A stretch of DNA of 64,000 bases from Chloroflexota bacterium (GCA_016213135.1 JACRBQ010000028.1:71284-135283); one strand, 5' to 3'; counted from the stretch's first letter, positions 26,288 through 36,635 are shown. Numbers and translations are program-made. The notes: a model not told the origin generated them from the letters alone.

Positions 26288-27622
26288 TTACGGCGCGGCG
26301 GTCGGCGCATTCAGCACCTGGTCAATCGTCGGCACGGTGGGTACGCTCAACTGCCAAATGTCATATTCGGTCACCAAAGCCGGGTCGGCGCGCTGATCAC
26401 TAAGCCATTGGGTAAACGCATCGCTCTTGTTCTGCTCCAGCTCTGCTGCGGTGAGCAGCCGCGATTGGCGCGAGAGAATTTCGATGACGTGATAACCAAA
26501 GGTGGTTTTCACCGGGTCGGGGTACAGGCCGACCGCGGCTTGGAACGCCACGTCGTCGAATTCAGGAACCATCCTGCCGGGCGCACAAGTGCCGAGGTCG
26601 CCGCCGGTGTCTTTGTTGCTGGCGTCGGTGGAATACCGGGCCGCCAGTTGCGCAAAATCTGCGCCGTTCTTGAGCTGCGAGATGACGTCTTTGGCTGTCG
26701 CCTCGTCAGCCACCAGAATGTGCCGGGCGTGGGCTTCAGGAGTATCGGTGGGCACATCCGCCGTGATGATTTCGATCAGCTTCTTTCGCAGCAGGTCAGT
26801 CTCCAACATGCGCCGGAGGTCGGTCTCGGTCATGCCGGTCTGGCTCTTCATGCGTTCCAGAAAGCTGGCGAACGCCTTTTGATACCCCTCCAGCGTGTAC
26901 GGCGTTGCCGTCGGCGGCGGCGTGGGTGACGGCCCGGCCGTTGGAGTTTCCGTGGGGCCGGTGGTTTCTGTAGGAGCCGGCGTTTCACTGGGAGCCGTGG
27001 TGGCAGAAGCCGTAGGCGTGAAATTCGGCGGAAAGGTGGGCGTCAGCGTGGGGGCGGTAGTAGCGGTAGGCGGGGACGTAGGCCCTTCGGTGGCGGTGGG
27101 TTCCGGGGTGGGCGTGCCATTGGCGTAAAAGCCGAAGGCCTCCTGCATGGCTTTGTCCACATCGTCGGCCGAAACGGTCAGCCCGCGTTTGGCGGCTTCC
27201 TGCCGTACCAGCTCGTCGTTGATCACATTGGTCAGTATTTGGCGGCCCATGGCGTTGGTGTCGGCCAGTTGGCTTTCCACCTGCGCTAGTTGCTGCTGGT
27301 AGTAGGCGGCCGTATTTTGGTCGCTGCCGAATATCTGGATGATTTGCGAAAGCCTGGTGTACTGGTTAATGAGTTGCACGCGCTCGTACTTGACGGCTTT
27401 CTGGAAGTCGGCAATCGTAATTTGCACCGCGCCCACTTTAGCCACCGGCTTGCGCGGCTGGAGCACGGTCAGGTCCAATGCGCCGTACCCCAGGATGCCC
27501 AACACCAACAGGGCTATGGCCGCCGCGCCGGTGATGAGCCAGCGCTGCAGCATAGCGTCGCGCTCGGCGCGCGCGAGGTGTTTCTTGGTTAGGATGATTT
27601 TTGGCTCCCTGCTTTTAGCCAT
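26288..27622 (-). CDS. Membrane-anchored peptidyl-prolyl cis-trans isomerase (SurA/PrsA-like, parvulin type) with a Pro/Thr-rich linker
   Basis: 444 aa; N-terminal TM, SurA_N-like region, PT-rich block (TPTPEPTATEGPTSPPTATTAPTLTPT...). Parvulin domain (ARHILV..., FGYHVIEIL). Confidence 0.85.
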   Translation of the reverse strand: MAKSREPKIILTKKHLARAERDAMLQRWLITGAAAIALLVLGILGYGALDLTVLQPRKPVAKVGAVQITIADFQKAVKYERVQLINQYTRLSQIIQIFGSDQNTAAYYQQQLAQVESQLADTNAMGRQILTNVINDELVRQEAAKRGLTVSADDVDKAMQEAFGFYANGTPTPEPTATEGPTSPPTATTAPTLTPTFPPNFTPTASATTAPSETPAPTETTGPTETPTAGPSPTPPPTATPYTLEGYQKAFASFLERMKSQTGMTETDLRRMLETDLLRKKLIEIITADVPTDTPEAHARHILVADEATAKDVISQLKNGADFAQLAARYSTDASNKDTGGDLGTCAPGRMVPEFDDVAFQAAVGLYPDPVKTTFGYHVIEILSRQSRLLTAAELEQNKSDAFTQWLSDQRADPALVTEYDIWQLSVPTVPTIDQVLNAPTAAP

Positions 27623-27742
27623 AGGAGGTCTCCTTTGCGTTACACAGCAACGGGCATAGGAGTGACCCTATGCCCGGTTGTGTTGCGACTCACTCTAAAT
27701 TGATGAACGACGGCGGGGCGGGCCGCGCCGTCGGTGGTGACT

Positions 27743-28030
27743 TTAGCCGGCTTCGAAGGGCAACAGCGCCATGTGCCGGGCGCGCTTGACAGCCTCGGTG
27801 ACCAGGCGCTGGTGTTTGGCGCAAGTGCCGGTCTGGCGTCGGGGGCGGATCTTGCCGCGTTCGGTGACGTACTTGCGCAGCACGTCCACCTGTTTGTAAT
27901 CCAGGGTGTTGATCTTTTCGACGCAAAACTGGCACACACGGGCGCGGCGAACAAATCGCCCTCCGCGCTCGTCGCCTTCACCTTCTTCTTCTTCACCGCT
28001 CCCGCGGCGATAGCGATACTCTTCGTCCAC
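27743..28030 (-). CDS. rpsR: 30S ribosomal protein S18, with an acidic N-terminal extension
   Basis: Core [60 protein letters not shown] is canonical S18. Confidence 0.92.
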   Translation of the reverse strand: MDEEYRYRRGSGEEEEGEGDERGGRFVRRARVCQFCVEKINTLDYKQVDVLRKYVTERGKIRPRRQTGTCAKHQRLVTEAVKRARHMALLPFEAG

Positions 28031-28050
28031 GTTGGTGGTCTCCTAAAACA

Positions 28051-28464
28051 CTAAAACGGAAATTCGTCGTCGGGTTCCGGGTTGTCGGGGGGTTCCGCGG
28101 CCGCGCTTTCGGCGGGGTGCGCCCGGTTGCTGCGCTCGCCGAGGATGATCATTTCGTTCGCGACCACCTCGGTCTTGGAATGCTTCTTCCCTTCCGGGTC
28201 ATCCCATGAGTGCGTTTGTAACCGGCCCTCGACGTAAACCAGTGACCCTTTGACCAGATACTGCTTGCACGTTTCGGCCAATTTGCCCCAGGCCACCACG
28301 CTGAACCATTCGGTCTCCTCGTGGCGGTCGCCTTCAGAAGTATTCCAGGCCCGTGAGCAGGCCACTGTAAAAGTGGTCACCGGGCGACCCGAGGTGGTGT
28401 AGTGCATCTCCGGGTCGCGGCCAAGGTTGCCAATGATCATGACTTTGTTCAACCCTCTGCTCAT
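28051..28464 (-). CDS. ssb: Single-stranded DNA-binding protein
   Basis: 137 aa; OB-fold N-terminus (LNKVMIIGNLGRDPEMHYT) and acidic tail ending DDEFPF. Confidence 0.92.
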   Translation of the reverse strand: MSRGLNKVMIIGNLGRDPEMHYTTSGRPVTTFTVACSRAWNTSEGDRHEETEWFSVVAWGKLAETCKQYLVKGSLVYVEGRLQTHSWDDPEGKKHSKTEVVANEMIILGERSNRAHPAESAAAEPPDNPEPDDEFPF

Positions 28465-28504
28465 AGGTCGCTCCTTTTGGGTGGGCTAATCGGCTAATCG
28501 GCAA

Positions 28505-28870
28505 TTACGCCTCCGGGGAGGCGGTCTCTACAGGCACGGGTGTAGCTTCGGCCGTTGCCGGCGCCGGCGTTGCCACCGGCGCGGTTTCGTCGGTACGCGT
28601 GATCATAAAACGCAGGATCTGCTCGTTGAGCCGCAGGTTGCGTTCTACAATGATGGGGGCCGATGCGTTCATAGTTGCTTGTATCAGCACATAGCTGCCA
28701 TCATTCTGTTTGCGTATCTCGTAGGCCAATCGCTTCTTGCCGAGGCGCTCGGTTTTGTCAACCGTGCCGCCGGCAGACGCGATCCAGCCCTGCACCTTTT
28801 CGGTGAGCGCAGTGACGCCATCCTCGTCCACTTCCGGGTGAACGATGTAGGCCACTTCATAAAGACGCAT
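28505..28870 (-). CDS. rpsF: 30S ribosomal protein S6
   Basis: MRLYEVAYIVHPEVDEDG...KKRLAYEI is canonical S6. Gene order rpsF-ssb-rpsR. Confidence 0.92.
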   Translation of the reverse strand: MRLYEVAYIVHPEVDEDGVTALTEKVQGWIASAGGTVDKTERLGKKRLAYEIRKQNDGSYVLIQATMNASAPIIVERNLRLNEQILRFMITRTDETAPVATPAPATAEATPVPVETASPEA

Positions 28871-29028
28871 AAGTAGAAGGTCTCCTTTCCTTGGGATTTT
28901 GCCCCGGTGAGGCGGCGGGAGCCGACGGCCGGAGCGGAAAGTGTTTGGGCAGGCGGGGAAGTGCAGGTCGCCAAATCCGTTTACACAGCGAGTGCGAGTG
29001 TATCACAAGATTGCGCAACACACAAATG

Positions 29029-32000
29029 CTATGTTGGCAATGCGACGTAGAAAGTGCTGCCCTGGCCGAGACGGCTGTCCACCCATACCCGCCCGTCGTG
29101 GCGGTCGATGATGGATTTGACAATGGCCAACCCCAGCCCGCTGCCCTTGACGCCTCCGCTGTCTCGCTGGCGCACGCGGAAGAATTTCTCGAACAACCGG
29201 GCCTGGTCGCCGGGGGCAATGCCGATGCCGCTGTCTTGGACGGCAATGATGATGCTCTGCTCAATTAGCTCGGCGGACACGCGCACGTGCCCGGTGGCGG
29301 GGGTGTACTTGATGGCATTGTCCACGAGATTGGAGATGGCCTGTCGCAGCAACGTGCAGTCGCCGGGCACCGGCGGCAGGTCCGGGGCTATATGCACGGT
29401 GATGGCGATGTCTTTGTTGGAGGCGCTGTTGCGCAGATTGCCTACGGCGTCGGTGACCAGGTCGGCCACGCTGCACGATTCCCTGGCCAGACCCACGCCG
29501 GCTTCGACGCGGTTCAAATCCAACACGTCGTCGATCAGCTCGCTCATTTGCTCAATGCCGATCACGATCTTGCCGGCGAATTCGTTTTGCTTGGCGTTGA
29601 GCTGGCCCACCATGGGCAGCATGGTGGCGTAGCCGCGCATAAATGTGAGCGGCACGCGGAGGTCGTGGCTCACGGTGGCAACGAATTCCGATTTCAATTC
29701 ATCCAATTGCTTGAAGTAGGTCACGTCGCGCAGCACCGCCACCAGCCCGATGTAGGAGCCATCCGCGGCTACAATGGGCGAGGCCGAGGCGTACAGCGTG
29801 CGCCCGTCGGCCAGCGGCACCTGCCGGGAGGCGGCCATGTGCGGGTTGCGGATCAATTCCAGCAATTCGGGCCGGCTGATTACCTCGGCCAGCGGGCGGC
29901 CGTGCGCGCTGTGGGCCGGGACGTTGAACACGGACTCGGCTGCCGGGTTGAGTAGCAACACCCGCTCGCGCCGGTCGATGACGATGACCGCATCGGGCGA
30001 GGAGGCCAGGATGGCCTGCAATTGCTGCCGGCCGCCTTCGCTGGCCTCATAGAGGCGGGCGTTAGTCACGGCCACTGCGGCCTGCCCGGCCAGCGTGGAC
30101 AGGAAATCGACTTCGGATTCGGTAAACGGGTGCGGTTGGCTGAAGCCAATCCACAACATGCCGATATATTCGGCCTCCTGTCGCAGCGGCAGGGCAATGA
30201 GCGATTGCACTTGCCCGCCGGTTTTGTTCACGCTGAACACGGTGCGAGCGCGGGCGATGTTTTCCAGCACGATGCGCCCATCCGATTCGGTTAACGCGAG
30301 CAGGTCTCTATCCAGCGGGGCCATGGCGGCGCTCAACGAACCATCGGCAAACACCACCGGCGGCGACTCGTCGCTCGCGCGGCTGACCAGCCGTACCCCG
30401 TCGCCGCGAACGGCGGTGAGCGCGCCGGAAAGCAGCGAGGGCAGTGATTGATCCAGATTCAGGCTGCCGGCAATGCCCTGGCTGACGCGCAACAGCAAAT
30501 TCAATTCGCCAATCCGGGCGCGCAGCCGTTCGCGCATGCCCTCGAAGGCCACGCCCAGACGGCCTACTTCATCCTCCCCGGAAAGATCCACGGGGCGATC
30601 GAACTCGCCCTGGGCGATACTGGCGGTGGCGCGAGCCAGCGCGGCAATGGGCCGGGTGATGCGGCTGGTAACCCACAGCATCACCCCGGCGCCTATAATG
30701 CCGATCGCAATGAGAATGAACACTGTGGGTGTGGTGATTTGTGTGGCCTGCGCCAGCACCACCTCGTTGGGCAAAATGACCACCACCGTCCACGGGTAGC
30801 CCTGCACCGGGAGCGAAAACACCAACTGCCGGGTGTTGCCGGGCGACCGATCACGGAAGGCCGCGCCATTCGGAATAGTAGTCTGCAATTGTTCAACGTT
30901 GGCCACTGGCGCGGCCCACGTTTGCAGCAGCCGCGACTGGCTGGAATCGTAAATGATCGCGCCGCGTTCGTCGACAATAAACCCCTGGCCGGCGTCGGCG
31001 GTGAGGCCGGCCAACTGGCTCAACGCCGGTTTCAGCAGCGGGTTGCCGTCTATCTGCGCCCGCCCTACCAGCGCGCCGCGTGACACGCCGGATTGCGCGC
31101 CGATGACCGGCACTACAAACGACACCTCCACTTTGCCATTTGCCGGGGCGGCTGGATACAGGGTCAGTGTTTGCGGCACCGCCGATTGCACGGCGGACTG
31201 CTCGTCTAAAGTGATGAGTTGTTGCGCGTCGGCGCCGGGCGGATAGGTGGCGATGAGGGTGCCAGTGGGATCTAAATAGGACAGGCGGTTAAAAAACGCA
31301 ATGGTCTGGATCTGTTCCTCCAGCCACTGGCCCACCAGCGCCGGGTCGGTCTGTTGCGACTGCTCATCCGCCGCCATGGAAGTGAGGATGCTCTGGCCGG
31401 TTTGGATGAAGTAGGGGATGCTGTTGCTGACGCTTTGGGCGTCGCGGCCCATTTGGGCGACGATAAGGCCGGTAGCTGCCGAGTTGGCGATGCTGGTGCT
31501 GGCCAAGAACAACACGAGCAGGCCGGCGAAACTGAGCGGAAACAGTGTGAATAGCAGCCGGCTATTAAGGCTGGAGGCATAGGGCGGGGGGCGCGCGCCC
31601 ATACGAGGCGCCCATGAGCGAGGAAAGGCAGCCCGGGCTAATACGGCTATTACGCCGGCGATCAGTAATTCGCCGAACAGCGGCACGGCCCGCGCCCACC
31701 ACTGGGCCGCGGCAAAGTCTAATCCGGTGAGGCCGGTGGCGGTGTCGCTCGGCAGATAGGCAAGGAAGGAGAAGTAGGAAAGCAGCCAAACCGCCAGGGC
31801 GGAGGCGAATGCAGCCGCTAGTGGAAACCGGATGAGCCGGGGTGGGAAATCGCGGTAGTCCTGCCGCATGAGCCAACTCACCAACCATGCGGCCAGCGCA
31901 GTTTCAAGGGCGGTCGTAATCTGATAAGTTTCCCAGCCGGCCCGCGCCAATCCGGCCACCAGGCCCACAGCGAGGGCCGGGCCGGTGCCCAGCAACCCGG

Positions 32001-32310
32001 CGGCCAACAGAATGGGTGTGTAGCCTAGCAGGGTCAGGGTGGGGCCGGGCGGTTCGATAGGCACGCCGGGCGGGGCAGCCATCCCCGGAAACCGGAGGCG
32101 CAACATACTAATTAGCACAGGCGATGCCACGGCCAATGCCCCGAACAGCAGCCACTGTGAAGAGGTGAGTTTGTGGAAATCGCGCCAGGTGGTGGCGATG
32201 GCAGCGACAAGGAGGAATAGGACGTATGCCCCAAGGACTGTGTAGCCAACCAGATTGGTGGGCAAGCCAAAGTACGGCAGGCGATCAATTCCCCATGGCT
32301 CGAAGGACAT
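29029..32310 (-). CDS. Large multidomain sensor histidine kinase (polytopic N-terminus, extracytoplasmic sensor, HAMP, GAF, PAS, HisKA, HATPase_c)
   Basis: 1093 aa; about 8 N-terminal TM helices, a second TM pair flanking a ~250-aa loop, HAMP-like segment. H-box ATVSHDLRVPLT; N/G boxes (DNAIKYT, DSGIGI, GSGLGLAIV). Confidence 0.88.
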   Translation of the reverse strand: MSFEPWGIDRLPYFGLPTNLVGYTVLGAYVLFLLVAAIATTWRDFHKLTSSQWLLFGALAVASPVLISMLRLRFPGMAAPPGVPIEPPGPTLTLLGYTPILLAAGLLGTGPALAVGLVAGLARAGWETYQITTALETALAAWLVSWLMRQDYRDFPPRLIRFPLAAAFASALAVWLLSYFSFLAYLPSDTATGLTGLDFAAAQWWARAVPLFGELLIAGVIAVLARAAFPRSWAPRMGARPPPYASSLNSRLLFTLFPLSFAGLLVLFLASTSIANSAATGLIVAQMGRDAQSVSNSIPYFIQTGQSILTSMAADEQSQQTDPALVGQWLEEQIQTIAFFNRLSYLDPTGTLIATYPPGADAQQLITLDEQSAVQSAVPQTLTLYPAAPANGKVEVSFVVPVIGAQSGVSRGALVGRAQIDGNPLLKPALSQLAGLTADAGQGFIVDERGAIIYDSSQSRLLQTWAAPVANVEQLQTTIPNGAAFRDRSPGNTRQLVFSLPVQGYPWTVVVILPNEVVLAQATQITTPTVFILIAIGIIGAGVMLWVTSRITRPIAALARATASIAQGEFDRPVDLSGEDEVGRLGVAFEGMRERLRARIGELNLLLRVSQGIAGSLNLDQSLPSLLSGALTAVRGDGVRLVSRASDESPPVVFADGSLSAAMAPLDRDLLALTESDGRIVLENIARARTVFSVNKTGGQVQSLIALPLRQEAEYIGMLWIGFSQPHPFTESEVDFLSTLAGQAAVAVTNARLYEASEGGRQQLQAILASSPDAVIVIDRRERVLLLNPAAESVFNVPAHSAHGRPLAEVISRPELLELIRNPHMAASRQVPLADGRTLYASASPIVAADGSYIGLVAVLRDVTYFKQLDELKSEFVATVSHDLRVPLTFMRGYATMLPMVGQLNAKQNEFAGKIVIGIEQMSELIDDVLDLNRVEAGVGLARESCSVADLVTDAVGNLRNSASNKDIAITVHIAPDLPPVPGDCTLLRQAISNLVDNAIKYTPATGHVRVSAELIEQSIIIAVQDSGIGIAPGDQARLFEKFFRVRQRDSGGVKGSGLGLAIVKSIIDRHDGRVWVDSRLGQGSTFYVALPT

Positions 32311-32479
32311 AGCGAAGGATTATAGCATCGTGATCCTATAGGTCAAATGCCCCATGACCATAGGGTTGATTGCGTATTGGTTGTGGCTCTGTCATACTTG
32401 TGCTAGACTACAAACTGGCTGAAAACGGACGTTTTCGCCGATGCTTATGCGTCGATGTGTCTTTCGAAAGGATTGACTT

Positions 32480-33655
32480 ATGGCCGAGAAGATTCTTATT
32501 GTTGACGACGATCTCGATACGCTCAAACTCGTCGGTTTGATTCTGCAGCGTCAGGGGTATGAGATCATTGCCGCCAACACGGGCAGCCAGGGGCTGGCCA
32601 AGGCGGCGTCAGATCGCCCCGACCTGATTCTATTGGATGTGATGATGCCGGACATGGAAGGCTTTGAGGTCACGCGCCGCCTGCGCGCCTCGCCGGACCT
32701 GGGGCACATCCCCATCATCATGTTTACGGCCAAGACCATGGTGGACGATAAGGTCACCGGTTTTGAAGCCGGCGCCGACGACTACATGACCAAGCCCACG
32801 CACCCGGCCGAACTGGTGTCGCGGGTGAAGGCGCTGCTGGCCCGATCCGGGGCTAGCGCCGCTGCCCGACCCTCGGCGGCGCCGACCGAACGGGCGCACA
32901 TTGTGGGCGTGTTGGGGGCCAAGGGCGGCCTTGGCGCCAGCACGCTGGCCCTCAACCTCGGCACGGCCTCGGCGCAGGCCGGCGAGGACACCGTCCTGTG
33001 CGACTTGCGGCCCGGCCAGGGAACCCTGTCGCTGCAATTGGGCTTCACCCAAAGTCCGGCTGTAGGCTTGTTGTTGAGCAAAAGCGTGGGCGAGATCACC
33101 ACTCGGGCCATCGAAACGCAAATTACCACCCACGCCCGCTCCGGGCTGCGGCTGCTCATGTCGTCGCCCTTGCCCAGCGAGGCTTCGCTGGCGAGCGCCG
33201 CGGCGCAGGCCGAGCAGCTCGTCCGGCAGACTGCCACCATGTGCAAGGTGTTGGTGCTTGACCTGGGAGCGGGGTTCACCGACATCAACAAAAAAGTGCT
33301 GCCGCTGTGCGACCGGTTTGTGCTGATTGTGGAACCGGTGCGCCTGACGCTCACCATGGGCAAAGCGATTCTTTCCAGCCTCGAGACCATCGGCCTCAAT
33401 CCGGCGCGAGTGGATGTAGCCATGGTGAACCGCGTCCGCTCCAGCTTGCAGGTGGCGTGGCAACAGGCCGAGCAACTGCTGGGCCATAACATTGCCACGG
33501 TGATTACCTCCGCGCCCGAACTGGCTTATCAGGCCGCGGAAGCCTGCGTGCCGATGACGATTATGCAACCCGATAGCTTGCTCACCGATCAGGTGAACAA
33601 GCTGGCCGAGATCGTTGTTCAGGGCAAGCGCGGAGGCAGCGCCCTTACCACCTAA
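32480..33655 (+). CDS. Response-regulator receiver domain fused to a MinD/ParA/CpaE-like P-loop domain
   Basis: 391 aa; REC motifs (ILIVDDD, DLILLDVMMPDMEG, KP). ParA-like block VGVLGAKGGLGASTLALNLG, where the usual GK[ST] lysine is Ala. Confidence 0.8.
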   Translation: MAEKILIVDDDLDTLKLVGLILQRQGYEIIAANTGSQGLAKAASDRPDLILLDVMMPDMEGFEVTRRLRASPDLGHIPIIMFTAKTMVDDKVTGFEAGADDYMTKPTHPAELVSRVKALLARSGASAAARPSAAPTERAHIVGVLGAKGGLGASTLALNLGTASAQAGEDTVLCDLRPGQGTLSLQLGFTQSPAVGLLLSKSVGEITTRAIETQITTHARSGLRLLMSSPLPSEASLASAAAQAEQLVRQTATMCKVLVLDLGAGFTDINKKVLPLCDRFVLIVEPVRLTLTMGKAILSSLETIGLNPARVDVAMVNRVRSSLQVAWQQAEQLLGHNIATVITSAPELAYQAAEACVPMTIMQPDSLLTDQVNKLAEIVVQGKRGGSALTT

Positions 33656-33665
33656 GCAAACCCTG

Positions 33666-34442
33666 ATGGCCTCCATCGCAACCCGCCACTCTATCGGGCG
33701 AGCAGCGGATCTGGTGCGCGGGTCGCCATCGACCGTTGCGCTCACCGGGGCCGGAATCTCCACCCCGTCCGGCATACCAGATTTTCGCAGCCCGGAATCG
33801 GGATTGTGGACGGACATCGATCCGACGGTGGTGGCGACGCTACAGGAATTCTGCCGAAACCCCAAAGCCTTTTACGAATGGATACGGCCGCTGGCGCGGC
33901 TGTTGCTGGCCGCCGAGCCCAACCCTGCTCACCGAGCGCTGGCGCGGCTGGAGCAGGCCGGACGCCTCGCCGTGATCGTGACTCAAAACATTGATATGTT
34001 GCACCATCGGGCCGGCTCCGAGCGGGTCCTGGAAGTTCACGGCCACTTGCGCGAGGCGACGTGCATTCATTGCTACCGCGCGTGGCCGGCCCACGCGTTT
34101 CTGCTTCGCTGGCTCGACGACAATGTGCTCCCGCGCTGCCCCGAGTGCGGCTACCCCCTCAAACCCAATGTGATTCTATTTGGCGAGCAACTCCCTGCCC
34201 AAATTCTTACCCAGGCCAAGCTGGCCGCCCGTCGCTGCGGGGTGATGCTGGTGGCCGGGTCGTCGCTGGAGGTGTTCCCCGCCGCCGACCTGCCGCTGAT
34301 AGCGTTGGAGCACGGCGCCAAGCTGATCGTGATCAACCACATGTCCACGTTTGTGGATGACCGGGCCGAGGTCGTGATCCGCGACGACGTGGCCGAAGTT
34401 CTGCCCGCACTGGCCGACGAGGTGCTCCGTGCCGGACTATAG
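33666..34442 (+). CDS. cobB: NAD-dependent protein deacylase, Sir2/CobB family
   Basis: Trimmed to ATG 33666 (MASIATRHSIGRAADLV...). GAGISTPSGIPDFRS, QNIDMLH, zinc ribbon CIHC...CPECG. Confidence 0.88.
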   Translation: MASIATRHSIGRAADLVRGSPSTVALTGAGISTPSGIPDFRSPESGLWTDIDPTVVATLQEFCRNPKAFYEWIRPLARLLLAAEPNPAHRALARLEQAGRLAVIVTQNIDMLHHRAGSERVLEVHGHLREATCIHCYRAWPAHAFLLRWLDDNVLPRCPECGYPLKPNVILFGEQLPAQILTQAKLAARRCGVMLVAGSSLEVFPAADLPLIALEHGAKLIVINHMSTFVDDRAEVVIRDDVAEVLPALADEVLRAGL

Positions 34443-35643
34443 CGGGCCTGAGCGCCGCCGTGTCTACGACCTTCGCTTCCGGCGCTACGAGCGGCTGCTG
34501 GAAGTGGCGCGCACGCTCTCGGGCACGCTGGATCTGCCCGCGCTGTTGCGCAACATCATCGCGGCGGCTACCGAGTTGACCGACACCGAGGCGGCATCCA
34601 TCATGCTGGTGGATTCGCGCACCGGGCAACTGCGGTTTGAAGCCTCCACCGACCCCTCGGCAGACGTGATGGAAAGCATTGTTGTGCCCGTCGAGGGCAG
34701 CATTGCCGGCGCCATTTTCTCGACCGGCAAACCGCTGATGATCGACGACGTTGCAACGGACCCGCGCCACTACCGGGGGGTGGATAATAAAGTGACGTTT
34801 GTCACGCGCTCCATTCTGGGTGTGCCGCTGGTGAGCAAAGAAAAATCCATCGGCGTGCTGCAGGCGCTCAACAAAAAAAAGGGCGAGGCTTTTACCCAGG
34901 AAGACCTGCACTTTTTGGAGGCGCTGGCTGCCCAGGCGGCAGTGGCCATTGTGACCACGCGGTTGTTCCAGCAGAGCGATCTCATCGCCGAAATGGTTCA
35001 CGAGATCCGCACGCCGCTGGCCGCGCTGAGCGCGTCGACACATCTGTTGCTGCGCAACGACTTGTCCGCCGATCAGCGCGAGGAAATGGTGCGCACCATT
35101 CAGTCCGAGACTTCGCGGTTGGCTACCATGACCACCGACTTTCTGGATTTGGCCCGACTGGAATCGGGCCGGGCGCGGTTTGTGCGCGAGCGGTTCGACC
35201 TGCCCAAGCTGGTGCACGAGTGCCTGCAGGTCGTCCAGCCTCAGGCTGACAGCCGCCGCGTTACGATGGACGTGCTGCTCCCCGGCGAATGGCCGGCGGT
35301 GTTTGCCGATCGGGGCAAGATTAAACAGGTGTTGCTTAACCTGCTCACCAACGCCGTCAAATACAACCGCGAAGGCGGCACCGTACACGTCAGCGGGCTG
35401 GATGCCCCCGACCACGTGAGCATCACCGTGGTCGATTCGGGCCGGGGCATTCCGCCGCCGGCCCTGCCGCACATCTTCGAAAAGTTTTATCGCGTGGCCG
35501 ACAGCGAGGGCTGGACTCAGGGCACGGGCCTCGGGCTGGCCATTGCCAAGCGCATCGTGGAGGCCCACGGGGGCGCTATATTTATCGGCAGCACGGTCAA
35601 CGTGGGCACGGCGTTCACATTCACACTCCCACGCGGCAAATAG
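34429..35643 (+). CDS. GAF-domain sensor histidine kinase (cytoplasmic)
   Basis: 404 aa; GTG start overlapping the Sir2 stop by 14 nt. GAF region; H-box VHEIRTPLAAL; N box NAVKYN; G boxes DSGRGI and GTGLGLAI. Confidence 0.88.
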   Translation: MPDYSGPERRRVYDLRFRRYERLLEVARTLSGTLDLPALLRNIIAAATELTDTEAASIMLVDSRTGQLRFEASTDPSADVMESIVVPVEGSIAGAIFSTGKPLMIDDVATDPRHYRGVDNKVTFVTRSILGVPLVSKEKSIGVLQALNKKKGEAFTQEDLHFLEALAAQAAVAIVTTRLFQQSDLIAEMVHEIRTPLAALSASTHLLLRNDLSADQREEMVRTIQSETSRLATMTTDFLDLARLESGRARFVRERFDLPKLVHECLQVVQPQADSRRVTMDVLLPGEWPAVFADRGKIKQVLLNLLTNAVKYNREGGTVHVSGLDAPDHVSITVVDSGRGIPPPALPHIFEKFYRVADSEGWTQGTGLGLAIAKRIVEAHGGAIFIGSTVNVGTAFTFTLPRGK

Positions 35644-35685
35644 TCGCCCCGCCCTATCACCGGGCCGTGCTTGTGGCGGCTTGCT

Positions 35686-36075
35686 TCAACGACCGTGACG
35701 TTGCCCCACGGGGGCGAACAGCGCCACGGCCAGCAGCAGGCTGGTGGCGGCCAGTGCCAGCGCCCCGGCCAGTATGGGCCATAAGGTCGCAATGGGGCCG
35801 ATCCATTGGCGCAGCCATAACACCTCCAGCGCGGCTTGCGCGCTCCATTGCGCCGGAATAGACACCCACAGCAGCCCGCATACGAAAACCATCGCCGCCC
35901 CGAACACGCTCATCGTAATATCCAGCCAGCCAATGCTGAACCGCGCCGCAGGTCGCTCTGCCCGAATGCGGGCCAACACCCCCGGGGCCAGCGTGGGCGG
36001 AGCCGGGGCCGGCGGATAAGTTCGCAGCGCATGCTCTACTGAGTCATAAGGATTGGCTTCGGTCAACTGGCTCAT
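35686..36075 (-). CDS. Putative membrane anti-sigma factor
   Basis: 129 aa; 4-nt overlap with the upstream ECF sigma gene. Short cytoplasmic N-terminus followed by 3 TM helices. The call rests on position. Confidence 0.5.
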   Translation of the reverse strand: MSQLTEANPYDSVEHALRTYPPAPAPPTLAPGVLARIRAERPAARFSIGWLDITMSVFGAAMVFVCGLLWVSIPAQWSAQAALEVLWLRQWIGPIATLWPILAGALALAATSLLLAVALFAPVGQRHGR

Positions 36076-36635
36076 GCTGGCTCCTCCGTCAACTCCTTCA
36101 ACGCGGCTCGCAATCGGGCTTTGGCCCTAAACAGCCCGGTCTTCACCGTGCCCACGGGCAGGCTCACAACACTCGCAATTTCCTCGTACGACAATTCCTG
36201 CTGATAGCGCAGCGCGATCAGCAGGCGATAGCTCTCCGGCAGCGCTTCAATTTGGCGGTGCAAAAACGCCTGCCGCTCCTGGGCCTCCGCACGAGTAGTC
36301 GGGTCGTTGCTCTCGTCGCCCGCCACATCCATGACCTCCTCGTCGCCCACGGCGGCCATGTCGCGGCGCAGGCGGGGCAAGCGGTTGTAACACAGGTTCG
36401 TGGCAATGCGATACAGCCATGTGCGGAATTGCGACTGCTGGCGGAAGTTGGGCAGCGCCAGCCATGCGCGCACAAAAGCTTCCTGCGACAAGTCTTCGGC
36501 TTCGTGCGGGTCGCCCAGCGTCCGCAGAATCAAGTTGTACACAAATTGCTGATGCGCGCTTACCAGCACCCCAAAGGCCTCTGTGTCTCCGCCTTTGGCC
36601 CGGCGGATCAATATCCCCTCGTCAATAGTCACCAA
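36072..36635 (-). CDS. ECF-type RNA polymerase sigma-70 family factor
   Basis: 187 aa; region 2 (FVYNLILRTLGDPHEAEDLSQEAFVRAW) and region 4 (ALRYQQELSYEEIASVVSLPVGTVKTGLFRAK). Confidence 0.9.
   Translation of the reverse strand: MVTIDEGILIRRAKGGDTEAFGVLVSAHQQFVYNLILRTLGDPHEAEDLSQEAFVRAWLALPNFRQQSQFRTWLYRIATNLCYNRLPRLRRDMAAVGDEEVMDVAGDESNDPTTRAEAQERQAFLHRQIEALPESYRLLIALRYQQELSYEEIASVVSLPVGTVKTGLFRAKARLRAALKELTEEPA

Noticed and set aside
28871-29028. Possible structured rpsF (S6:S18-binding) autoregulatory leader upstream of rpsF
   Set aside because: Such leaders are known in many bacteria, but I could not draw a convincing conserved fold by eye. A covariance-model search is needed.
32330-32375. 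Near-palindrome CCTATAGGTCA-n9-TGACCATAGGG in the divergent promoter region between the sensor kinase and the REC-ParA gene; a possible operator
   Set aside because: It is imperfect and a single occurrence with no second site. It is plausible but unsupported without comparative data.
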